Origin: Pavona decussata
Taxonomy: Eukaryota
Direction of reading: 5' to 3'
Assembly: GCA_977016875.1 (NCBI GenBank)
Contig: CDRNST010000354.1
Coordinates: 930,001-994,000, forward strand
Length of the DNA: 64,000 nt
Shown here in pieces: positions 46,850-58,986 of the stretch; the first letter of the stretch is position 1, and every line of letters begins with the position of its first letter. The notes below the pieces were generated by a model. The model saw only the letters and a program-made list of their open reading frames with translations. It made no database searches and was not told where the DNA came from. A program made the translations under genes and the position numbers.

Positions 46850-48000
46850 ATGTTTGCGTGACATCAGCCCTTGGGATCCGGAAATGGCTCCACTCGCCTC
46901 TCGTGTTGATCAATTGACCTTTGTTAACTTGATTAATCCTGTCTGATTCAGTTATCTGTCTCAACATCGCATCGTTTTAAAACATTACTGTGACATTCAT
47001 GGTGAAGCCCAGAATGTCCTCCCCATGTTTTTCACAGGAATGTCTCCACATCACTGAGCCTTCTTCCTATTGCTCCAGAGCACGTAAATGTTTCTTACTG
47101 TGAGTGTAAGCACTTCAAGATGTTTCCCCGATGTACTTATGGTGGCAAACCTGACATACCAGGTCGTAAGTGATCCCAATACTGTGGCAAGATCCTTTTT
47201 CTCCAGTGCTGCAGACAAGACAGTTGATGTTGCGACAGTTCTTTTTCTTGAATGGGTCTGACCTCTGTAACATTCTCTTGAGGGTTTTACCTGATTGCTC
47301 TACAACCTTGATCTTAAAGGCTGCATCTTTTATCTCTCTCACGTACGGATCTTTCAACTGAGATTCTGGTGTTGCTGCCACAAAGATCTCTGTATTGAAT
47401 CCACCCGTCCTGTACCAAGACTCCCGTTTCTTCCGTCTCTCTTGAGCCCGTTCTAACCGTCTCCATTCTCTTGGCCTGTACAATGGTTGTTCACTGCTTG
47501 CGTCTAGCTCCACCAAATGGTTGTAGGCTTTCAGGGCTGATCGCACTACTTCCGCTCTGAACTTCTGATCATAACCAGAGTACTGGAGGCGCAGCATCAT
47601 GTTGTTCACGAGGCTGATCACAGTTGCCCAGTGAAGCTCTCTACTGCAATTTAGAAGGATCCTCAAAACGTCTTGGGTGAGTATGTTCCTCTTAGACTTC
47701 CATGGCAAGGCCGACGTTGAGGCAACGTCCGTGGAATAGAGCTCATGTAAAACCACACTTGTCCTGCCTTCGTTTCATCCCCACCCATACCTTCAGATTA
47801 AGTATGGGTAGTTTGCCATCTTCATGCCATGACAGATAATCAACTTCCAACTAAATGGAGGGGTAAATGCTGTTGCCGATCTTCTGGACCACATCCATGC
47901 AACTTTGATGTCATGCTCTCAGCGATCCTTTCATCCTGGATCACCTTACCCTCACTCTCAACAAATTTCAGGCCTGCCGTGGGAGCGTTTATAACGACAT
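46850..48000 (-). mobile_element. Decayed Penelope-like element of a second clade (RT thumb plus Cys-rich GIY-YIG)
   Basis: DGKLPILNLKVW; SALPWKSKRNILTQDVLRILLNCS; CRNINCLVC..GSC..IGITYDLVCQVC..KYIGETS; LRQITE..INTRGEW..RIPR. Confidence 0.8.
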
Positions 48001-48103
48001 TTGTGCAAAACCTTTTATATAAAATTATATGTGCACTTGTATAGCCCATGTCCATATTCACAGGTTCGCTCATTATGAATATTGCAAATAGGAAGGTTAT
48101 ACT

Positions 48104-48535
48104 TACCAAAATTTTGTGTTATTTTCACATCCCGCACTGTTGCCTCGCCATTCTTAAATTTCAGGTATCAGATCTTGACCCGGTCAGCACCGTCAGCTTC
48201 CCGTTGTTTGACATCCCTGTGCAAGTTGAAGTTAAAATGCACAGCAGCCAGAATGTGCCTAGAAATTAGTTACAAAGAAAAATTGCTTGGAATTGCTTCC
48301 TCATTAAACGTATATTTGAAATTCTGAGAACAAAGTTACAAACTCTTAGAACAACATCACACCTGCATTTCATTCCAGTGTAGGAGTATCCTATCATTTT
48401 TGAGTCAAACTGGTTCAGGACGGAATGAAATCCCTCCAGACAGCTGGTCTGTGCTAATGGAGATGCCTTCATTATTCACCTTACCAACGAATTGTTTGTG
48501 AGGGCACTGCACAGACGATCATAAACAGCAGACCC
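48104..48535 (-). mobile_element. Kolobok/Mutator-like transposase exons
   Basis: ASPLAQTSCLEGFHSVLNQF..KMIGYSYTGMKCR|gt...ag|HILAAVHFNFNLHRD...KFKNGEATVR..TQNF|gt. Confidence 0.7.
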
Positions 48536-48943
48536 TACAAATAGGCATAAAGAAGGCTTACAAGCATAATAACTTCTAAAATGCATGTAATGAATAAACG
48601 GACTGGCTCCTCTGTTTATTCTTTTTGCAACATGGAGATCAAATGAAGGGCTGAGAGCATAACCGACCTACGGATTTGTCTGAATTTTCGCTGTCCCTGG
48701 TTTTGAAAACATTTTTCGGTTTTACAATCGTAGACAAGACCTCCTTGATTTCTTGAAGAAATTCATCAGGCTAGATAAGTGAACAGTCGATTTAAAAGTT
48801 CTTACAACCATATGGACACAAGTGATCTCCACCCCCAAACCAGGGGGGAGCGGGCGTCTACAGAGTGACTTTGTGCATTTATCGCAATAATCAACACCTT
48901 CAAAAGCCTATTTAAGGCTTCTGACACCTTTGATGCTTTTCAA

Positions 48944-48983
48944 GTTTTGATAAAGATGGCTGACAGTCATCGAAACTGTCAGC
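48944..48983 (+). ncRNA. Candidate minimal type I hammerhead ribozyme (U3-A8 core) in 5' pLTR
   Basis: GUU-UUGAUAA-A-GAUGGCUG-A-CAGUCAUC-GAAA-C-U-GUC^AGC: core, near-palindromic stem II, minimal stem III, GUC cleavage triplet. Confidence 0.65.
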
Positions 48984-49082
48984 ATTAATAAGACATTAAT
49001 ATAAGACTGGCTATGTTGGAAGAACTTTTAAATCGACTGTTCACTTATCTAGCCTGATGAATTTCTTCAAGAATTTACGAAC

Positions 49083-51572
49083 TACGGACAGGAGACTATC
49101 AAGATTGTCCGAAAAGCGGAAAACTCCACACGTCAACTAGCGCGCCATAGAAATCATTTGGTGTTCAACTTGAGATGTAAAGACGAATGTGTCATTCCTC
49201 CAAGCCTTCGTTTAAAGTGCCCTATTAATTGCGTCAAAGCAAGAAACATTGTAGAGAAAGCCAGTAAGAACCTTCTTCGAGAGAGGATTCGGCTAACAAA
49301 CCAGAAAATAAGTGATCTACGAGACACGAAGCGACGGCTAACAGAGCGATTCCCAAGCGACGTCCAACAACAATTAAACACGCATCTAACAAGAGTTCAT
49401 GAGAGTGTGCACAAACAATCAAAATGCAGACAGCAAGACAAGCTTGCAAGCTTGATCTCGGAGCCGAAGAAAAATAGTCCTTCGGAACCAGACCTTAGTG
49501 GTACACAGATAAAACGGTGGGTTGTCAATCTTTCCAAATATAAACTTAACCAGGATCAAACAAGTGTTCTGTCAAAAGGTTTAAATTTTGCAATAACACC
49601 ACGCCACATTCCCACAAACGACATCATAGTAGCTACGGAACTGGCTTGCAAATCGCTCCCTACCAACGAAGCAACCCAACTGAGAACAGAAATAGTCGGA
49701 GCGATCAAGTCATCAAAGGTCCCGAAAAGCAATGTTTCGAAAGGAGAAAAAACGGCACTTCGGTCACTAAAACAGGAGGATTCCATCATGATACTGCCAG
49801 CAGACACGGGAAGAGCCACAGTAGTCATGGATAAGACCGAGTATGAGGAAAAAGTCAACACCATGTTGAATGACGCTCACACTTATGAGAAATTGCAGGC
49901 CGATCCAACCAGTTCTTATAAGAGAAAGCTGATCGAAAAGCTGACCAAGTTAAAAAAGGATGGCAAGATAACGGAAGATCAGTGCAAATACTTGTACCCT
50001 ACATCTGAGGCCACACCTAGATTGTACTGCACACCAAAAATCCACAAGACTAACAACCCTTTGAGACCTATATTGGATTACACAGGATCGATTTGTTACA
50101 ATACATCTAGAGCCCTAGCTGACCTCCTTGGACCTCTGGTTGGCACTACGGAACATCATGTCAAAAATTCCAAAGACCTTGCTGAAGAATTATCCTCAGT
50201 CACATTAGAACAAGAAGACATCTTCAACTCCCACGATGTTGTGTCACTATTTACCAAGACCCCTATACAGGAGACATTAACCATCATAAGACAACGCTTA
50301 GATCAAGATCAAGATCTAAAGAAAAGAACAAACCTAGAGGTTGAGGATATAATGGATCTCACAGAATTTATTGCCACCACCACATACTTCAGTTTCAGAG
50401 GACAATTATTCAAACAGAAGTTCGGCACAGCCATGGGCAGCCCAGTATCCCCGATCCTGGCTAACTTTTTTATGGAATGGCTTGAACAACAGGCCATCGC
50501 CACTGCTCCCATAGACTGTAAACCTAAGCTATGGAAACGATATGTGGATGACATCCTAGAAATCATTAAGAGGGGAAAGGTGGAGGCTCTGACAGATCAT
50601 CTTAATGGAATTGACAAAACAAACAGCATCAAATTCACGCACGAACCAGAGAAAAATGCCCAGATCCCATTTCTGGACACCCTTATTACCAGGAGGGAGG
50701 ATGGATCCATCAAACTTCTGGTTTACAGGAAAGCCACACACACAGACCAGTACCTGTCGTTTCAATCGCATCATCCACTTCAGCACAAACCTGCTGTCAT
50801 ACGGACGTTATTGGAAAGAAGTGACAGCATTGTCACGGAGGAAGAAGACCGTAAACAAGAGGAAGAAGACATAAGAACAGCCCTCCATACATGTGGTTAC
50901 CCGGATTGGGCGATAAAGAAGGTCAAAGAGCAAATGAACAGCAAGAAAGCTATTAGAAAAGATAAACCCAAGAAAGATAAAGCTCAAGAAAAATCAAGAG
51001 CAGTGGTGACTGTCCCATATGTCCGTTCATTCACAGAGAAAATACAACGCATATTCACCAAACACAGGGTAGCCACAGTGATTAAACCTCAAACCACCCT
51101 CAGACAGGTTTTAGTTCACCTGAAGGACAAAGTGGAGAAGCACAAAAAGGCTGGAGTGGTGTACAAAATTCCATGCAGCCAATGCGAAAAGGTATATATC
51201 GGTGAAACAGGGAGACAGCTGGGAACCAGGATCACAGAACACAGAAAGGAAGCAGAAAAGATCTCTAACAGAAATTTCACAAGAACCACCCGCAGAGCTT
51301 CTACCAATGAACACCATAAATCAGCCATAACAGACCACGTCTGTCAGAACAATCATATTATGAATTGGGAAGCAAGTGAAATAGTTGAGCAGGACGGCGA
51401 CAAGTTTAAGCGATGGATTAAAGAAAGCATATGTATTAGATCGAACACTCCTACTATGAACAGGGATGAGGGAGCCTATCACCTTTCTCCCATATGGACA
51501 CAAGTGATCTCCACCCCCAAACCAGGGGGGAGCGGGCGTCTACAGAGTGACTTTGCGCATTTATCGCAATAA
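49083..51572 (+). CDS. Penelope RT plus GIY-YIG endonuclease polyprotein
   Basis: Open frame of >800 aa: LSKGLNF, PRLYCTPKIHK, PLRPI, DVVSLFT, GTAMGSPVSP, RYVDD, FLD, VYRK.THT..YL, GVVYKIPC..C..VYIGETGR..R..EH, NRD.G. The upstream ATG at 49057 is out of frame. Confidence 0.93.
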   Translation, partial: YGQETIKIVRKAENSTRQLARHRNHLVFNLRCKDECVIPPSLRLKCPINCVKARNIVEKASKNLLRERIRLTNQKISDLRDTKRRLTERFPSDVQQQLNTHLTRVHESVHKQSKCRQQDKLASLISEPKKNSPSEPDLSGTQIKRWVVNLSKYKLNQDQTSVLSKGLNFAITPRHIPTNDIIVATELACKSLPTNEATQLRTEIVGAIKSSKVPKSNVSKGEKTALRSLKQEDSIMILPADTGRATVVMDKTEYEEKVNTMLNDAHTYEKLQADPTSSYKRKLIEKLTKLKKDGKITEDQCKYLYPTSEATPRLYCTPKIHKTNNPLRPILDYTGSICYNTSRALADLLGPLVGTTEHHVKNSKDLAEELSSVTLEQEDIFNSHDVVSLFTKTPIQETLTIIRQRLDQDQDLKKRTNLEVEDIMDLTEFIATTTYFSFRGQLFKQKFGTAMGSPVSPILANFFMEWLEQQAIATAPIDCKPKLWKRYVDDILEIIKRGKVEALTDHLNGIDKTNSIKFTHEPEKNAQIPFLDTLITRREDGSIKLLVYRKATHTDQYLSFQSHHPLQHKPAVIRTLLERSDSIVTEEEDRKQEEEDIRTALHTCGYPDWAIKKVKEQMNSKKAIRKDKPKKDKAQEKSRAVVTVPYVRSFTEKIQRIFTKHRVATVIKPQTTLRQVLVHLKDKVEKHKKAGVVYKIPCSQCEKVYIGETGRQLGTRITEHRKEAEKISNRNFTRTTRRASTNEHHKSAITDHVCQNNHIMNWEASEIVEQDGDKFKRWIKESICIRSNTPTMNRDEGAYHLSPIWTQVISTPKPGGSGRLQSDFAHLSQ

Positions 51573-51625
51573 TCAACACCTTCAAAAGCCTATTTAAGGC
51601 TTCTGACACTTTTCATGCTTTTCAA

Positions 51626-51665
51626 GTTTTGATAAAGATGGCTGACAGTCATCGAAACTGTCAGC
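51626..51665 (+). ncRNA. Second copy of the candidate hammerhead ribozyme in 3' pLTR
   Basis: Identical to 48944-48983. Confidence 0.65.
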
Positions 51666-52199
51666 ATTAATAAGACATTAATATAAGACTGGCTATGTTG
51701 TAAGAACTTTTAAATCGAAGACCTCCTTGAGAAAAGCAAACACGAACGGCACAAAAACCACTTGCTTACTATTTCTCTCGTGTTCATTCTACCATAGAAC
51801 TTTACTTCTCTTTCCCACCCCCTCCCCTATGCAATGACAACTGAACACAGACAGCCAAAAAACCACTCATCGCCCTTTTTTTCTATCAGTCGTTTAAGTC
51901 TAACAGCACAACTCATCCAAGATCGACCAAAATATATATTTGAAGCTTTTGAAATGAAGTATTTCATTTCTGGTTACAAAGCAAAATGAACAATATATCA
52001 CATGTAACAAGCAGGTTTGGGTTCGCTCCGTTTAACTTTAACTTGAGACTTTATGTCTACTGCCTTTGAAGAAGCATGCAACTTCAGTTGTGAAAACCTT
52101 CTGCTGAGTAAAGAGATAGTAGCTTTTTCTTCAATAAGACATTTGCTTCAACCCAAATCAAACAAACGTGTTACTGATACCCCATTTCAGTTCCAGTAT

Positions 52200-52810
52200 C
52201 CTAGTTTGGAAATGTCTGAACGAGGTTAATGGGTTTAGGTCTTATGTAAACCGTCACATTGTAAACAGTCGTTCGGAACTTTTTCAAGTGAAGCTCCAAA
52301 CATGTGCGATGGAAGCCAAAGCAGTGCACTAGGAGCCGCTTTACTTCTCATGACGTTAATCATTTTGTTGGCCGCACCCAGATGATCATTCTCCTGTCCA
52401 GCTTGAGGGGCTTTCTGTGCTAATTGGTCTTTCCAGCAGTCCTTCTTGGTGAAGAGCTCCACCAACGTGCGGCCAAGTGACCAGACATCTGATTCTAGGG
52501 TGGCTTTTTTCTTTTCGACCAAACCTTCTGGTGCCATGTTTGATGGTGTTCCGATACCAATGTAATGCAAGTATGGCTAAGGGATTGTTGAGACTTTAAT
52601 CTGCTCAGCCCCATGTTCCAAAGGTTCGTTATTTGCAGCTTTCTTCCTACTAAAACATTATCTGGTTTGATGTCTCTGTGGACAATAGCTGACCTTAAGT
52701 TATGTAAGTAAGCTACAGCACGGCAAAGCAGTTTTCCAAGGTTCATTTTATGACAATTCTGAATGGTGAAGGGTGTCTTGCCCATTCCCAAATATATATT
52801 CATCTATGAA
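52200..52810 (-). pseudogene. Intronless Ser/Thr protein kinase pseudogene
   Basis: AVAYLHN..IVHRDIKPDNVLV..(D)MGLSR..GTPS.MAPE..SDVWSLG.TLVELFT; frameshifted. Confidence 0.85.
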
Positions 52811-54306
52811 GAAATGAATAAGGTATCCAGAAAGGGGCATCAGCTCCTTTGATGCTAAATTGTTTAAACTGTGAGATGCCATACCCAATGTCTGAATTCC
52901 AAAGTAATCTTGAACAATGTGGTGGAGGGCCATCACAACCAAGTTTACGGTTCGTTCAGCTTGTTTTGTGTCTGCATCTACCATGCTTTAACAGTACTCA
53001 CGTTTAATCACAAGAGTTGAAGGCTAGTTCAATAAATGGCTTTTTGCTAAAGATCACGAGTTTAGGACTTTGACCACTAGAGAATACTTTGGGCTCAACT
53101 AGTATACTTTATAGTGTAGAAATTGTTACAGAGATCGTCTTTTCATTCTCAATTCCCCAAGTTTTGTTTTTATTGTGTTCCTTGAATAATCAAAATGCTT
53201 AAGGCGATTCCGTGGGATGCTTTGGGGTTTTTTGAGCGTAGCATTGGAGTGAATTGGAGGTTATAGAGAAAGGCCACGATTAGTTAGTTAGATTAGCCAG
53301 AGAAATCATTCTTGAGTCACTGGGTTTGTGGTGGAAAAGAGGGTGGACGAAAAATTACTATGGGTGGAGGGTCTCTTTCCCAGGTCTCTATTGCCTCTTT
53401 CTGGATAATTTTGAATATTGAACGACTGTTTGTATGGTGTTTCGAAATGGCATCAAAACTGAGTGAAGTAATATTGCAATGAGGAAAACGGAATTGGTTT
53501 TTCTCTGAGGTGATATTATGTTGAGAAGTGCCATAAAATCTTGCGACATGAATGGCAACACAACGCTTTCATAGTTTGAAGACTACAATATTGTTTAAAG
53601 CAACATTGATTATCAAAACGTGAACAAATGTGAAATAAACATGAGGAGGGAATGTGTTGGAATGAAGTGTCATCAGCAGTTATGTGGCTTCAAGCGAGTT
53701 GTTGTTGTGTTGACTTTAATAAAAAAATAAGTAACACACTTATTGTACTGTAGGCATCTTGCAATACTCTTGTAAGGGTAGCACATACATAAAAGTATAA
53801 AAAGAAAATGGCATAACAGTACCATTATACTGTGGTTTAGGGTTAGCAACTGATCTTCCCAGCAAAAGTATATTTGAAGGTGTTGGCAGTGGCTGCTTTG
53901 GGATGTTACTTCTTACAGGAGTTCGTAAGAACTTCAGATTAGCCAAGTGTTCAGCCCTGACACTCAGCTGGTGCATGACAGTGGAGGATACAGTTGACCC
54001 TTCAAAAAAAAAGTTAATAAAATATGAATAGATATAATCAATTGACTGCAAGATCAATTTATGCTGGGTAGGTTTTGGACATAAATAATGGATAAACACT
54101 AAATATGGAGAAGTATTTTTTAGGACAAACCTAGCAGTGCAGTTAATGACATTTAAGAACATTGATTTAAAAGCAATGACAAATACATATAATTAAAATG
54201 TATGCTGTTATATTCAGAACATGATTTGTAAATGAACCAATTATCCAAATGAATAAATCAAATGAATGAAATTGACGTTTCGTAACAACAACTTACCAGT
54301 GTTATA

Positions 54307-54307
<1 letters not shown>

Positions 54308-54352
<45 letters not shown>
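54308..54352 (+). repeat. (ATT)n microsatellite
   Basis: ttattattatt run. Confidence 0.95.
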
Positions 54353-56287
54353 TCAAATATGCAGGGCTTTGTAGAAAATAATCACATTTTTAATGTTTCA
54401 CTTATGTTATTTCTTATTGCTTTGGGAAGTATGTCTTTAGATATGATGAGCATTACAGCCAAACCAATATTATAAAGTCTTAGATACATGGAAAGTATTT
54501 ACTTAAATTATAAGGAGTTTTTTTGCAGTATAAATTCTATTTATCAATCTCATGGTATAATTGGAGCTGCAGGCTCAAGAATGACTGAAATCGCATGGAA
54601 ATGTGTTTCTGATAGCAATGAAATCAAAGTTTCTTATGAAAGTCACTATACACTTAATACCTGATGAATTGTATCCTGTGTTGCGTGAATGAGACAAGCT
54701 GTTAAACAGCTCCTCATCACCAGGAAGCTCATCAACATCAATGTCAGCAAACCAATCAGGGGAATCCTCAGTTTCATCAATACTCTGAAAAGAACATAGA
54801 GTTGGACCCATTAGCAATATTATTGATACCATTGACATCATTCTGATTATCATCTTTTACGGTTTGTTACAACATTACACATGTAGATACATATTAGGTA
54901 TACCTGTTACAGACATTTTATAATGAGAATGTGTAATAATATGTGACCCTATCCGACAGTGTTAAAAAAATGTCATTAATATTTTATTACTACAGTGCTC
55001 CATTATAGTACAAAAAAGTATACACCATTCAATAAAAGGTCAGAGTTTGCATCAATGGAACAGGCTAGAAAAAAAGCCCTAAAGGGGAGTCAAAGCCATG
55101 AGCCCCAATGGGGGTCTGGTGCAAACCATCCCCTCAAAATTTGAAAAACGGTTGATGGTACAGTTACTAAGTAAAGTAGTTGAACCTTAATACGTTTAAC
55201 TTTTCAAGGGAGGGCGGGGTGTTACCCAAGCCCCCAATCCCCCCTTCTGGATCCACCCTTGTAATCAAGTGGGAAAAATCTCAATAATCTATTTAACCCA
55301 TAATGCACCGTGCCGGCCAAAACCGGCCATGATTTCGGGCTCATCTGTGCGCACTACACGATTTGAGCCTACCACCTCTAGAAGGGAATTTTTTTGTCCC
55401 CTTTTGTTCTTATTGTCTTTAGAAAGGACTGACCAATCAGAATCCACTTACTGCGCATATATTTTTAGGTCTTAGGGGGGCCCAGACAAAAGAGCTTTTT
55501 GTCTTTAGAAGCAGTGTCCAATGTCAATTTTTTTTCCTTCGTGGGCCGCGCGGCTAAATGTTAATACAGTAATAGCTTACATTTGCTGGTTTCTCTTTCG
55601 TCGCAGCATGATCAGCTGTTTTTTCAGCCTGTTGGGGCCTGGTCATGATGGTCGTAAATGCCTCGGCCAGCTGGACAAATGTCTCTCCACGTGAAGAAGT
55701 CGATGTAGTCGACTCTCTGTAAATGGAGGTACTTCCGGTGGCTTATCGTAACTTTGATGAATCCCGCTTTCCTGTAACAAAGCACGTAAAATTTAAAAGC
55801 TGATTGGTGACAATTAATGTAGTTTTGTGGCTCAGTAGACTACAATTAATTACTATTATATTTGAAAAGATTTAAGTTAAGCATTTGGCTACTCAAACGT
55901 TTTTCATGCTCGCTGGTTCAAGAAGAGTGTTACTGTAATATAATTATATAGACGGCTAGTGTGTACAATTAATGTATGGGTCTGTGCCGTAATCTTTCCC
56001 CAAGTGTTTAGAAAAAGTAACAATAAGAGTAAAAAGACCGAAATGGTGGTGAGAATTTTAATTCGGACGATGGAGTTTTCGGTGTTATTTTCATTGAAAA
56101 TCAACAAAGCTTATCAAATGCAATATATTCTCTCTTGACTTAATAGCGATTTAATTTAAACTACTTCATTCGTCCTGCAGCCGGGGAACGCCTATAACAA
56201 TAATTATACCGACGCCTACTTAACAATAATCATATAAGACTCACAATTTATGGTGTCCTATGAAGCTCAGTAACACAATTACCTACT

Positions 56288-57820
56288 TTTGATTCTGTGA
56301 AATAAAACTTGATTCTTTGTAACGCAAACTTGATTCTTTAGAAAGAAAACTTGATTCTTTAAAAACACAAACCTGATTCTTTAAAACGCAAACTTGATTC
56401 TTTAGAAATAAAACTTGATTCTTTGAAAACACAAACTTGATTCTTTGAAACGCAAACTTGATTCTTTAGAAAGAAAACTTGATTCTTTAAAACGCAAACT
56501 TGATTCTTTAGAAATAAAACTTGATTTTTTGAAACGCAAACTTGATTCTTTGAAAACACAAACTTGATTCTTGAAAACGCAATCTTGATTCTTTAGAAAT
56601 AAAACTTGATTCTTTAGAAATAAAACTTGATTCTTTGAAAACACAAACTTGATTCTTTGAAACGCAAACTTGATTCTTTAGAAATAAAACTTGATTCTTT
56701 AGAAATAAAACTTGATTCTTTGAAAACACAAACTTGATTCTTTAAAACGCAAACTTGATTCTTTAGAAATAAAACTTGATTTTTTGAAACGCAAACTTGA
56801 TTCTTTAGAACGGAAACTTGATTCTTTGAAAACACAAACTGGATTCTTTAGAAATAAAACTTGATTCTTTAAAAACACAAACTTGATTCTTCAGAAATAA
56901 AACTTGATTCTTTGAAACGCAAACTTGATTCTTTAGAAAGAAAACTTGATTCTTTGAAACGCAAACTTGATTCTTTAGAAAGAAAACTTGATTCTTTGAA
57001 AACACAAACTTGATTCTTGAAAACGCAATCTTGATTCTTTAAAAAGAAAACTTGATTCTTTGAAAACACAAACTTGATTCTTGAAAACACAATCTTGATT
57101 CTTTAGAAATAAAACTTGATTCTTTGAAACGCAAACTTGATTCTTTAGAAAACTTGATTCTTTGAAAACACAAACTTGATTCTTGAAAACGCAATCTTGA
57201 TTCTTTAGAAATAAAACTTGATTCTTTGAAACGCAAACTTGATTCTTTAAAAAGAAAACTTGATTCTTGAAAACGCAATCTTGATTCTTTAGAAATAAAA
57301 CTTGATTCTTTGAAACGCAAACTTGATTCTTTAGAAAGAAAACTTGATTCTTTGAAAACACAAACTTGATTCTTGAAAACGCAATCTTGATTCTTTAGAA
57401 ATAAAACTTGATTCTTTGAAACGCAAACTTGATTCTTTAGAAAACTTGATTCTTTGAAAACACAAACTTGATTCTTGAAAACGCAATCTTGATTCTTTAG
57501 AAATAAAACTTGATTCTTTGAAACGCAAACTTGATTCTTTAAAAAGAAAACTTGATTCTTGAAAACGCAATCTTGATTCTTTAGAAATAAAACTTGATTC
57601 TTTGAAATGCAAACTTGATTCTTTAGAAAGAAAACTTGATTCTTTGAAAACACAAACTTGATTCTTGAAAACGCAATCTTGATTCTTTAGAAATAAAACT
57701 TGATTCTTTGAAACGCAAACTTGATTCTATAGAAAGAAAACTTGATTCTTTAAAACCACAAACTTGATTCTTTAAAACGCAAACTTGATTCCTTGAAAAC
57801 ACAAACTTGATTCTTTAAAA
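56288..57820 (+). repeat. ~21-bp-unit satellite (core AAACTTGATTCTTT) with higher-order structure
   Basis: ~70 units with variant spacers (agaaata, gaaacgc, gaaaacac, agaaaga); 57069 and 57361 start near-identical blocks 292 bp apart. Confidence 0.95.
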
Positions 57821-58986
57821 AGTGAGTTTCAGTGTCACGTGGTCTCTGCTTTTGGACGGCTTCAACATGGCAGGCCACATGGCGGCGAGATTTCCGTTCC
57901 AAACGTCAGTTTTTGATAAGTAACCAATTCGTCCATGGCTGCAAAAGATCACAAGGGATTATGGCGAGGGGGGTGCCGAAATCACGCGGAAAATCGTTTT
58001 GGGGGATACTCCCTGTTTAGCCCAAAAGAAGAATCGAGTAGGTGCAACGTGGATGTGTGGCACGATGCCATGTAAGTAAACTCAACTTCCTTTATATTTC
58101 AGTTTTAATTTTATAATCAGCCTTTAATTTGTCCAGAGTAAACACTTTTGTCCATCTCAAATGCGTCGGTGCGCAAAGTACAGTTCAGGGCTAATTGAAT
58201 TTGAAGAAGGAGGCATAACTTAACACTATATTGAGGTGCATTCTCCCACAGCCCCATAATCTTTGCTGATTCTCACAACACATACTGCAAATCAATCAAA
58301 TTATACATTTGAAATATAATAATCTGACTTACAATACAAGCAGCCACACATTGTACAAAACATTGGGGAATTATAAGTTCATAGTTTGGTTTTCCCGCCC
58401 AAAACTTGAAACAGCGAATGAGGAAAGAAAGATTGTTATATTCCTATCACAAGCATCTGTTGAGCTTAGCTGGCTTTCTCCTTTCTTTTGCGTCTTTTTG
58501 TCAGTTTTTCTGCAGTGAAGCCTGTGCTGTGGTTCTCTCAACGTTGAACAGAGGTTCATCTTCGGTCGCTCTATCAATGCGGACGAGAGAAGCAGAATCG
58601 ATGTGACGAGCCATTGTTTCGCTTATTGGTGATCGGGCCTCAAGTGTTTGGCGTGCTGCTGAGTGTGCAAAAGTGCTGAGAATATACGGAGCCAATGAAG
58701 ACATGATTTAAATTCACTTGCGAACCAAAGAACCCGCTAAAGAACTACGAAAACAATGACATTTAGCATTCACGAGCGAGTGACTTTGAAAAGAAGTGGG
58801 AATAAACGATCCGAAGCTTCCACGCTTGGAAGCTATACCACATCATTAACTTTCTTAAATTCTATTGGACGAGCCCTTTTTTCGTTCCAGGACCTTTTGT
58901 TCAACCCATCATGACCAGAAAAATCATCAGGTTCTCGATCGATCGATCGATCGGCTCAGCAAAATAAGTGTTTTTTCCAATGTGTC

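Larger units (their letters stand above)
48749..51717 (+). mobile_element. Near-intact Penelope (Poseidon-type) retroelement with pseudo-LTRs and a short inverted 5' segment
   Basis: 13-bp TSD AAGACCTCCTTGA (48736-48748 and 51718-51730); direct pLTRs ~48809-49035 and ~51491-51717; 48749-48808 is the reverse complement of ~49015-49074. Confidence 0.95.

Noticed and set aside
49050-49075. CTGATGA motif as a canonical hammerhead core
   Set aside because: Not followed by stem II plus GAAA; it overlaps the probable start codon.
55293-55320. TTAA|CCC piggyBac-like terminus
   Set aside because: No matching opposite end or transposase found in the window.
56359-57653. Many ORFs with KNQV/KESS repeats; superficially CRISPR-like periodicity
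   Set aside because: Translations of a satellite; the spacers are 6-8 bp recurring variants, not unique spacers, and no cas genes are present.
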